Assembly: GCA_038885615.1 (NCBI GenBank)
Contig: JAVZZP010000001.1
Coordinates: 119,191 to 183,190, forward strand
DNA length: 64,000 nucleotides
Reading direction: 5' to 3'
Source of the DNA: Candidatus Pacearchaeota archaeon
GTDB taxonomy: Archaea; Nanobdellota; Nanobdellia; Pacearchaeales; GW2011-AR1
A program made the position numbers and the translations under genes. The notes beneath the pieces were generated by a model that had not been told where the DNA came from, made no database searches, and saw only the letters and a list, made by a program, of their open reading frames with translations. Shown piece after piece: positions 29,723 to 37,510 of the stretch (the stretch's first letter is position 1; each line of letters opens with the position of its first letter).

Positions 29723-31266
29723 TTTCTCCATACTCCTTCAACTATTGGTATTGCTTGAGCTAGACCATTTTTGTAAATTGCAACATTTCCGTGCATTGCT
29801 TTTGATGGTTGTCCTCTTTGATATTCTAGAGGTATTCTTGAATTTGTGCCGGCTGAAATTGCGTGTCCATCCACCTCTAGAGTATGGGTATGACCTGTAA
29901 CAACTTTTCCATAAGTTACTTTAAATTGTTTTAAACTTCCTTTTGAACCTTCAATACCTAAATGTCCGTGTGCAGAACAAACAAAATCGTGAGGTCGCTG
30001 ATCGGAATCTAAAAGAAGAAATTCTATATTCTTCGGAATTTTTCCTACTTGTTCTAAAGCAATTTGTACAATGCTTTTTTCACTGGAATAATTTTTTATA
30101 ATTCCTCCACCAATTCTCATGTTTCTAGGATCCCTAAGAATTCTTCCAGAGCTTATCCACTTCCTAACAAATTCGTCGTGATTTGAAGGCACGATATAAA
30201 ACTTCGTTTTTGGACACGAATCAGAAATTTCATTCAAGAATTCCAAAGCGAGCTCTAATTCATATTCCAAGCTATCAAGGCCTTTTTCTGCTATAAGCAT
30301 TTTCCATAAAGAATCTTCAGCAGAATGGTGGTTTATGCAATAAAAATCAAAAACATCGTGCAAAAAAACAGATTTCGGTTTTAAACTTTTAATCATCTCT
30401 ATTGATGCCTTTATTGAAAGAAAATCTTGAAATGGAACATGAATATCTCCTAAAACTAAAGCTTCGGCACCGATTTCTCTCGGTTCTCCTCTCGGAGAAT
30501 AAAGAACTCCTAAATCAATAAAACTTCCATCTTCTAATGCAGGAACTAATCTTGGAAGATATTTTTTTTCTCCTAAGATGTCAACTACTACAAAACCGTA
30601 TTGATGATGGCGGGCTGCTCTTTTTCCTCTTGCATTTGTTTCGTTATAATTTGGATAAGTACAACAACCGGTAGTTAAAAAAAGTCTTGGTAGTTTTCCA
30701 GCTAAATCTTTTGGGACAGAAACCAATCTTTGTTTTGAGTGAGGCATAATAATTGAAGTTCCTATATAATCTTGAACAATGTCTCTATTTCCTTTAGCAG
30801 GATCTTCATTTTGTGGCGGAGTTTGTGGTTCTATTAAAGCTATTTTTTTGTTAAGGTATAAGACATCTAAAGTGTTGTATTGAAAATCAGAAATTTCTCT
30901 CCAAAAATAATGCATCGGTATTTCTTTATCGCTTAGTGGATGCTCTTCCAGAAATTTCTCCATCTCTTCTCTTCTTTTTCTTTCAAATAATCTTTCTTGA
31001 TTTAATCTTCTTAAGGCAGAACTTTCCATAAAAACATCTTTTCTTCCCATAAAAAACTCGTCAAGCTCTATTTCCCCCGCATAACTTCCCCTTATTGCCT
31101 GAATAATCAAATCTGCGCTATTACTCTGACAATATCTTTCTAAAGAAGAAATAAGATCTTCATTTGGTCTTCCAGCCATTTCGTTTCGACCATATAAACG
31201 AGCAGAATTTGGGTTTTGATAGGCTTGGGCAGCAGTTATAACAAAACTTCTATTTTCTCCCCGCAT
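29719..31266 (-). CDS. Large calcineurin-like metallophosphoesterase with N-terminal FVITAAQ domain
   Basis: GDIH, HDVFD, SNHD, HGH and GHTH metal-binding motifs. Start placed at ATG 31266. Confidence 0.75.
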   Translation of the reverse strand: MRGENRSFVITAAQAYQNPNSARLYGRNEMAGRPNEDLISSLERYCQSNSADLIIQAIRGSYAGEIELDEFFMGRKDVFMESSALRRLNQERLFERKRREEMEKFLEEHPLSDKEIPMHYFWREISDFQYNTLDVLYLNKKIALIEPQTPPQNEDPAKGNRDIVQDYIGTSIIMPHSKQRLVSVPKDLAGKLPRLFLTTGCCTYPNYNETNARGKRAARHHQYGFVVVDILGEKKYLPRLVPALEDGSFIDLGVLYSPRGEPREIGAEALVLGDIHVPFQDFLSIKASIEMIKSLKPKSVFLHDVFDFYCINHHSAEDSLWKMLIAEKGLDSLEYELELALEFLNEISDSCPKTKFYIVPSNHDEFVRKWISSGRILRDPRNMRIGGGIIKNYSSEKSIVQIALEQVGKIPKNIEFLLLDSDQRPHDFVCSAHGHLGIEGSKGSLKQFKVTYGKVVTGHTHTLEVDGHAISAGTNSRIPLEYQRGQPSKAMHGNVAIYKNGLAQAIPIVEGVWRK

Positions 31267-31298
31267 AAAATAAAAAGAACAAAAAAAATATATTCTTA

Positions 31299-31358
31299 TG
31301 CTATAAAAAGTATATAGCAAACGAAAAATATATATAGCAGAGATGATAAAAGTATATA
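31299..31358. promoter_or_regulatory. Divergent promoter region with a palindrome and phased TATATA boxes
   Basis: TGCTATA-N7-TATAGCA (31299-31319); TATATAGCA at 31311 and 31331; AAAAGTATATA at 31306 and 31348. Confidence 0.45.
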
Positions 31359-32221
31359 TGAATAAAACTTATAGAAAAATCCAACTCGTTGGAAATAGGT
31401 CTTTTTCAGTTTCTTTACCAAAAGATTGGATTTTGAAGAATAATCTCAAAAAAAATGATGTTATTGAGATAGTTGAAAAAGGAAATGAACTTCTTATAGC
31501 TAAAAAAAATTCCAATAACGGTGAAGAAACAAAAAAAATATTCATTGAAGATTTAAGTATCTTGACAGCTGTTTTGATTTTGTGTTACACCCGCGGAATT
31601 TTTAAGTTTATACTTAAATTCAAGAGTAAAGAAGATTACCTATCGGCTAAACCAATAGTTTTAGAAAACCTTTCTTTTCTAGAAGGTTATAAAATACTGG
31701 AAGAAGGAAATGATTCTATTACTATAATTGATTCTTATAAAGAAACAAATATTTTGATAAGAGAACTAGCGAAAAGAAATTGCGTCTTACTCAATAATAT
31801 GATTGAGAGCATTTTACTTTCAAAAACTAAAACAAAAGAAATTTTAGAAGCTGAAATAGACAGAATTTATCACTTATCTAAAAGAATTTTATATCTTTGT
31901 TCAACAGATAGTTCTTTTATGAAAAAAAATCAAATAAAAGACATCGAAGAGATTTTTCTTTGGAGATTAATCTTCAAGAAATTTGAAAATATAGCAGATG
32001 TTCTAGAAAACATTAATAAACAAACACTGGAAAAGGAAATTAATGATTTACTTGAAAACCTAAACGAAGTTTTTGTTTTAAACAAAAAATCAAATCTTTC
32101 AAAAATATCCTTGCTTAAGAAAAGGTCATATAAAAATGAGAAAATAGACAAGATAAAAGAACTTGTTATAGATGTATTGAACAATTACCTTCTTATTGAG
32201 TTAAACAAAAATCTTTTTTAG
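31343..32221 (+). CDS. Archaeal phosphate-uptake regulator (AbrB/MazE N-terminus + PhoU-like helices)
   Basis: RKIQLVGNRSFSVSLPKDWI AbrB motif; EAEIDRIY and FENIAD PhoU-like motifs. Real start is probably 31358. Confidence 0.75.
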   Translation: MIKVYMNKTYRKIQLVGNRSFSVSLPKDWILKNNLKKNDVIEIVEKGNELLIAKKNSNNGEETKKIFIEDLSILTAVLILCYTRGIFKFILKFKSKEDYLSAKPIVLENLSFLEGYKILEEGNDSITIIDSYKETNILIRELAKRNCVLLNNMIESILLSKTKTKEILEAEIDRIYHLSKRILYLCSTDSSFMKKNQIKDIEEIFLWRLIFKKFENIADVLENINKQTLEKEINDLLENLNEVFVLNKKSNLSKISLLKKRSYKNEKIDKIKELVIDVLNNYLLIELNKNLF

Positions 32222-33558
32222 CTTAATCTTTTTACAAATTCAAAAATCCAATTTTCACAGAAGTGGGGGGCTAAAATTTGCATTCCTACAGCTTTTCCCT
32301 CGACAAAACCGCATGGTATTGAAATTGCTGGAATTCCTGCGATGTTGGCTAATGTAGTAAAAACATCATAAGAATACATTTCCTCAACTGAGATTTTTTC
32401 TCCTATTTTATGCGCCGTTCTTGGAACTGTTGGTAAAACAATAATGCCAACCTCTTTAAAAATTTCTTCGAACTGCTTTCTTATGTACTCTTTAGCTTTC
32501 AAGGCATTCCTATAATATTTTCCTTCGTATTCTGCTCGAGTTATTTCCTTTCCACCAGTGATCCTTCTTAAGACCTCTTCCCCACAATATTCTTCAATTC
32601 TTTTGCCAAATCTGCGTCCATCAAATTTTCTTGTTGCTGAAAAAAATTCAACATAAACTAAAAGATAATAAGTTTCTAAAGAAATATCAAGTGGAAGAGT
32701 TACTTCTTTTATCTCCCAGCCTAAATTTTTTTTCAAAGAATTTTTGATTTTTTCTTCAATCAAATTTTTTATTTCTTTTGTTGCGAATTTTTCGACATTT
32801 ACCAAACCGATTCTGATGTTTTTTGTATCCAATTTTTTCTCTTTTTCCTCTCTCGTTGTTGCGTCCCTTTCATCTTTTCCCTTAATTATGTTAAAAATTA
32901 GCTCTGTATCTTCTAAGCTTTTAGCTAATGGCCCTATTTGGTCAAAACTCATGCACATATCGATTAAACCATAACGAGAAACACTTCCGTATGTGGGCTT
33001 TAAACCATAAATTCCGCAATGAGAAGCAGGGTTTCTTATGCTTCCACCGGTATCACTTCCCAATGCAAAATCGCAAAAATCAGAAGCAACAGCAACAGCA
33101 CTTCCAGAAGAACTTCCACCGGGAATTAACTCTTGATTTATGGGATTCTTCGTCGGACCAAAAGCAGAAGTCTCTCCTGAACCGCCGCAGGCAAACTCGT
33201 CCATATTGACCATTCCAATAACAATAGCATCTTCTTTTTTGAGTTTTTCAATGACCGTTGCATCATATGGAGCAAGCCAATCTTTCAATACTAAAGAGGC
33301 ACAGTTTGTTTCAAGCCCTTTAACACAAATATTTGATTTTACTGCAAAACAAATTCCAGCAAGTTTGCCAACATCTTCTCCACCAGATATTTTTTTATCT
33401 ATTTCTTCTGCCTCTTTTAAACAATTTTCATTAAAAGAAAGAAAAACATTCAGGTCTTTGTTTTTTTCTTCAATTTTTTTTAAAAAATAAACTAAATTAT
33501 CTTTTGCTTTTAGCTTTCCTCTTTTAATTAAATCTGCTTTTTCTCTAATAGTTGGCAT
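32218..33558 (-). CDS. gatA: Asp/Glu-tRNA amidotransferase subunit A
   Basis: NMDEFACG, PGGSSSGSA, GSDTGGSIRNPA, KPTYG, RKFDG, EEVLRRI. Confidence 0.93.
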   Translation of the reverse strand: MPTIREKADLIKRGKLKAKDNLVYFLKKIEEKNKDLNVFLSFNENCLKEAEEIDKKISGGEDVGKLAGICFAVKSNICVKGLETNCASLVLKDWLAPYDATVIEKLKKEDAIVIGMVNMDEFACGGSGETSAFGPTKNPINQELIPGGSSSGSAVAVASDFCDFALGSDTGGSIRNPASHCGIYGLKPTYGSVSRYGLIDMCMSFDQIGPLAKSLEDTELIFNIIKGKDERDATTREEKEKKLDTKNIRIGLVNVEKFATKEIKNLIEEKIKNSLKKNLGWEIKEVTLPLDISLETYYLLVYVEFFSATRKFDGRRFGKRIEEYCGEEVLRRITGGKEITRAEYEGKYYRNALKAKEYIRKQFEEIFKEVGIIVLPTVPRTAHKIGEKISVEEMYSYDVFTTLANIAGIPAISIPCGFVEGKAVGMQILAPHFCENWIFEFVKRLS

Positions 33559-33868
33559 TGTAAAATATCTCCCTTATTTCTTCGTAAAGAGAATTTCTAA
33601 ACCTTGTTCCATCAGGAATCTCCTCTCTAAAAGACCTGAGGATAGCCTTACAAGATTTTTCAGCAACCTCCGCATCATTTGTTCCTGTGTAAGCATATTT
33701 ACGTAAATAAAGAGCCTTTAATCTCGGGCTTCCAAATTGGTCCGATAATTGAAAAAATTTATCCTCAAAGTACCTCCATTCACTAGACAAAGGAACTGTA
33801 TGTTGCATTTTGCATAGAATATCTTCTATTTTTCTGGCTAATCTTCTATCATTCTTGCTCATTTCCAA
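33545..33868 (-). CDS. Hypothetical protein between gatC and gatA
   Basis: 107-aa ORF overlapping both neighbours. Confidence 0.5.
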   Translation of the reverse strand: MEMSKNDRRLARKIEDILCKMQHTVPLSSEWRYFEDKFFQLSDQFGSPRLKALYLRKYAYTGTNDAEVAEKSCKAILRSFREEIPDGTRFRNSLYEEIREIFYNANY

Positions 33869-34107
33869 CTACCTCTTTCAGCTATTAATGAATTTTCATT
33901 TTTTTCATGAGCATTCTTAAAGAAAATTCTCCTAAAATCTTCGGAATAAAAATTTTTTGTTTTTTCTACTCTTCCTCTTGCCTTTTCAGAAAGTTGTATT
34001 TCACCGTTGAATTTTAATTTCTCAAGCTTGCGATTAAATTCTACTAAAAGTTGTTTAGATTGCTCCTCTATTTCTTTTTTTTGTTGTTCTGTTAACCGAC
34101 TATTCAT
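33859..34107 (-). CDS. gatC: Probable divergent amidotransferase subunit C
   Basis: 82 aa, upstream of gatA; C-terminal FFKNAHEKNENSLIAERGSW resembles the GatC tail. Confidence 0.6.
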   Translation of the reverse strand: MNSRLTEQQKKEIEEQSKQLLVEFNRKLEKLKFNGEIQLSEKARGRVEKTKNFYSEDFRRIFFKNAHEKNENSLIAERGSWK

Positions 34108-34198
34108 ATTTATTATTTATTTTTTTGTTTTAAAAGCTTTTGTTTAATTTACAAACAACCTCTATTGTCACTTTAAAATTACAACAAATAGAAAAGTT

Positions 34199-34308
34199 TA
34201 AAAACCCTGAAAACCATACATAATTATCACCTCTTTTTCCCCAGAAGGGGCTGAGATAGGGCATGCTCTTTCTGAACTTGCTCTGTCAAGCCCTTTCCAG
34301 GGTTTTAA
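34199..34308 (-). ncRNA. Candidate structured non-coding RNA of unknown family
   Basis: 13-bp closing stem and internal stems with minus-strand G-U pairs; TATA-like box ~22 nt upstream; U-run at the 3' end. Confidence 0.4.
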
Positions 34309-34347
34309 TGAAAAATTGATAATTATTTTTAAAAATTAATTTCTAGA

Positions 34348-34418
34348 AGCAGGCACCAGGATTTGCACCTGGGATCAGCGGGTTGCAGCCGCTTGCCTTA
34401 CTACTTGGCTATGCCTGC
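34348..34418 (-). tRNA. tRNA-Cys(GCA)
   Basis: Acceptor GCAGGCA/TGCCTGC, anticodon arm AGCGG-CT GCA AC-CCGCT, U73; non-consensus A18 and G55. Confidence 0.9.
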
Positions 34419-34465
34419 GTAAAATTATAAAGAAAAATGAGTTTTTAAGGTTTATTTAACAAAGA

Positions 34466-34539
34466 TGGCTCCGACGGGATTTGAACCCGCGACACCTGGC
34501 TTAAAAGGCCAGTACTCTACCAGGCTGAGCTACGGAGCC
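34466..34539 (-). tRNA. tRNA-Lys(TTT)
   Basis: Acceptor GGCTCCG/CGGAGCC, anticodon arm CTGGC-CT TTT AA-GCCAG, T-loop TTCAAAT. Confidence 0.95.
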
Positions 34540-34581
34540 ATAAAAATTAGAATAAAAAACGATTTAAAAATCTAACCTTTG

Positions 34582-34866
34582 CTATTCTATTAAATTTTTT
34601 ATTGCTTCTATATATTCTGCTATTTCTTGGCCTTTTTTAGTAAGCTTTATTATTTTTATTCTCCCTTTTTTTTCAAAAACAATAAGGCCTTTTTTTTCTA
34701 AAACTTGAAGAATCTTTACAGCATGAGAATAGGTACAATCAACTTCTTTGGCTAGAACAGAGCCATATCGGGCCCTTGAAACTCTTTTTAATGCTACTAG
34801 CATCATTGCTGGCTTTTTTCTAAAGAATAGTTCAAATCCATCGTCCTCGATTTTGTTTTTTTCCAT
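34582..34866 (-). CDS. Winged-helix (MarR-like) DNA-binding protein
   Basis: LAKEVDCTYSHAVKIL...GR...LTKKG. Confidence 0.85.
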   Translation of the reverse strand: MEKNKIEDDGFELFFRKKPAMMLVALKRVSRARYGSVLAKEVDCTYSHAVKILQVLEKKGLIVFEKKGRIKIIKLTKKGQEIAEYIEAIKNLIE

Positions 34867-35080
34867 TTTTAAAATATATTTTTTAAGATATATTTTCTAG
34901 TTGTTATTTACTTTTAAACTTTTCTTAAATAATTCGTCTCTTATTAGTAGAGAAAAAAGACGCACAAAACCAAAATGTATTATTTTAGCAAGTATTTTTT
35001 TATTTTTTCTCTAGCTATTACAGGGTTATCAATAGATAAAATAGCATGAGAAACTCTTAAACCAATCCCTGCATAACCCA

Positions 35081-35479
35081 TTAAACCTTCTTTTCCATAA
35101 GGAAGAACAATCGCTCCAGCACAGAGATAATAAATTGGATCTTCCATTTTAATGGTCTGTCCCTAATGCATCTCGTCCTTATATCTTGTAAGGACCTAGC
35201 AAGGCTTTTACTTTCTTGCCTACTAAGATTTATTGGCAGATCTCCTTCTTTTATTTTCTTTAAAAAATCAGCTACAGCATAGTATTCCTCTTCATAATTT
35301 TCCCTCACCTGTCTTATTGATTCTGCAATTCCTATTCTGTTTTGATGCTCTTTTCTGCACAACCAAGCAAAGCTTCTACCAAAAAGCAAATTTTCACCCT
35401 TAGATAAAATGCTATCTACGGATTCTTGTATTGTTTCGTAATATTGCTGCAATTCTTCTAAAAAAATTGATTCAGACAT
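35081..35479 (-). CDS. Hypothetical protein
   Basis: Helical ORF; start placed at ATG 35479. Confidence 0.5.
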   Translation of the reverse strand: MSESIFLEELQQYYETIQESVDSILSKGENLLFGRSFAWLCRKEHQNRIGIAESIRQVRENYEEEYYAVADFLKKIKEGDLPINLSRQESKSLARSLQDIRTRCIRDRPLKWKIQFIISVLERLFFLMEKKV

Positions 35480-35589
35480 ATTACCCCTTAAAAAATAGGC
35501 ATTTGTCCTTTTAAAAAATTTATATACTCTATAATTGCATTTAAGAGAATATAACAAAAATTTAAATAATCTGAAAATCTGTATATTTT

Positions 35590-36876
35590 ATGATAGATAT
35601 AAAGCTAATAAGGGAAAATCCTGAATTAGTGAAGGAAAACATAAGAAAAAAGTTTAAAGATGAAAAAATTCCATTAGTTGATGAAGTTTTAAAATTAGAT
35701 TCTGAGTGGAGGAAATATCGCTTAGAGGCTGACAAACTACGTTCTGAAAGAAATAAGATATCTGAAGAAGTAAACAAAGCAAAAAAAGAAAAAAACGAAA
35801 AAAAAGCTCAAGAATTAATAGAAAAAGCAAAAGAGATACCAAAAAAACTTGAGGAAATAGAAAAAAAAGAAAAAGAATTAGGAGAAAAAATAAGAGAGAT
35901 AATGTATAAAATCCCAAATATAATCCATGAATCAGTGCCGATAGGAAAAGATGATTCTGAGAATGTTGAAATAGAAAAATTTGGCGAGCCGAAAACCCCA
36001 AATTTTAAAGTGTTTCATCATGCAGAGTTGGCTGAAAAAATGTTTTGCGCAGACTTTGATTCTGCCAGGGAGACCTCTGGAAATGGTTTTTATTTCCTAA
36101 CAAATCATTTTGCGATTGTCCATTCTGCTATGCTTGCCTTCGCTCGCGACTATATGATAAAAAAAGGATTTCATTATGTCATTCCTCCATTTATGATTAG
36201 AAAGAAAGTTGTTGAAGGTGTGATGAGTTTTGAAGAAATGAACAACATGATGTATAAAATAGAGGGTGAAGATTTGTATTTAATAGGAACCTCTGAACAC
36301 TCAATGATTGGTAGATTTATAGATAAAACAATCAACATAAAAGATTTACCTATTTGTTTAACAAGTTATTCTCCTTGTTTTAGAAAAGAAATAGGTTCTC
36401 ATGGAATAGAAGAAAAAGGTTTTTATAGGGTCCATCAATTTGAAAAGCAAGAAATGATAGTTATTTGCAAACCAGAAGATTCTTATAAATGGTATGAAAA
36501 AATGCTCGGTTTTACCGTAGATGTTTTCAGAAAATTAGAAATACCTGTTAGAACCCTTGAAATTTGCTCTGGCGATTTAGCAGATTTGAAAGCAAAATCC
36601 GCCGATGTGGAAGCATGGTCTCCAAGACAAAAAAAATATTTTGAGGTTGGTTCTTGTTCCAATTTAACAGACGCGCAAGCAAGAAGATTAAACATAAAAA
36701 TAAATACTGGAAAAGGAAATATTTTTGCTCATACTCTAAATAACACTGTTTTAGCTTCTCCGAGGGCATTAATTGCTTTGTTAGAAAACCACCAACAAGA
36801 AGACGGCTCTGTAAAAATTCCAAAAGTTTTGTGGAAATATACTGGTTTTAAGGAAATAAAAAAGAATGAAAAATAA
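35590..36876 (+). CDS. serS: Seryl-tRNA synthetase (bacterial/eukaryal type)
   Basis: N-terminal coiled coil, LIGTSEH, CFRKE, RVHQFEKQE, EVGSCSN, HTLNNT. Confidence 0.96.
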   Translation: MIDIKLIRENPELVKENIRKKFKDEKIPLVDEVLKLDSEWRKYRLEADKLRSERNKISEEVNKAKKEKNEKKAQELIEKAKEIPKKLEEIEKKEKELGEKIREIMYKIPNIIHESVPIGKDDSENVEIEKFGEPKTPNFKVFHHAELAEKMFCADFDSARETSGNGFYFLTNHFAIVHSAMLAFARDYMIKKGFHYVIPPFMIRKKVVEGVMSFEEMNNMMYKIEGEDLYLIGTSEHSMIGRFIDKTINIKDLPICLTSYSPCFRKEIGSHGIEEKGFYRVHQFEKQEMIVICKPEDSYKWYEKMLGFTVDVFRKLEIPVRTLEICSGDLADLKAKSADVEAWSPRQKKYFEVGSCSNLTDAQARRLNIKINTGKGNIFAHTLNNTVLASPRALIALLENHQQEDGSVKIPKVLWKYTGFKEIKKNEK

Positions 36877-37510
36877 ACAAAACAGGGTTATAAAAGAATT
36901 TTTTCTTATAAAAAAAGAGTTTGAAAAGCAAAAAAAGCCTCGACTTGCTGCTGAGGGTTGGAATGATGATTGGAAAACTCTAATAGCCATAATCCTATCG
37001 GCACAGACAAGAGATTCTTTAACAATAAAAGTTTGCGAGGAGCTTTTTAAGAAATACAAAAATTCAAAAGAACTAGGTAAAGCTCCTCTTAAAGAAATTG
37101 AAAAATTAATTAGGCCTATAAATTATTACAAAACAAAAGCAAAAAACATAAAAGAAACTTCAAAGATTTTAGCTTCTTTGAAAAAATTTCCTGATTCTTT
37201 AGAAGAACTTATTAAACTGCCTGGAGTTGGAAGAAAAACAGCAAACGTTTTCTTAGCTGAAAGAAGAAAAGCTGCTTCTATTGGAGTTGATACCCATGTA
37301 GCCAGAATTTCTAGAAAAATGGGTTGGACAAAAAGCAAAAATCCCAAAAAAATAGAAGAAGATTTGATGAAACTTTTTCCTAAAAAATATTGGAACAAAA
37401 TAAATTATGTTCTTGTTGGTTTTGGACAAACAATAGGAAGAAGCAGAAAGAAGGAAGACGGGGTTTTGAAAAAAATCAAAGTTTATTCTTCCTCAAATTT
37501 TCCCAAATAA
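36866..37510 (+). CDS. nth: Endonuclease III (HhH-GPD), lacking the C-terminal 4Fe-4S motif
   Basis: ILSAQT, LPGVGRKTAN (catalytic Lys), VDTHV (catalytic Asp); no C-terminal Cys cluster. Confidence 0.88.
   Translation: MKNKQNRVIKEFFLIKKEFEKQKKPRLAAEGWNDDWKTLIAIILSAQTRDSLTIKVCEELFKKYKNSKELGKAPLKEIEKLIRPINYYKTKAKNIKETSKILASLKKFPDSLEELIKLPGVGRKTANVFLAERRKAASIGVDTHVARISRKMGWTKSKNPKKIEEDLMKLFPKKYWNKINYVLVGFGQTIGRSRKKEDGVLKKIKVYSSSNFPK

Noticed and set aside
34241..34260. CAGAAGGGGCTGAGAT resembling the RNase P RNA 3' motif or a TPP riboswitch
   Set aside because: No upstream GAGGAA..TCC partner and no ACCTGAT/GCGTAGG TPP core; G-U pairing favours the other strand.
34980..35081. 33-codon minus-strand ORF and GGGTTAT/ATAACCC inverted repeat
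   Set aside because: Too short and featureless to support as a gene or RNA.
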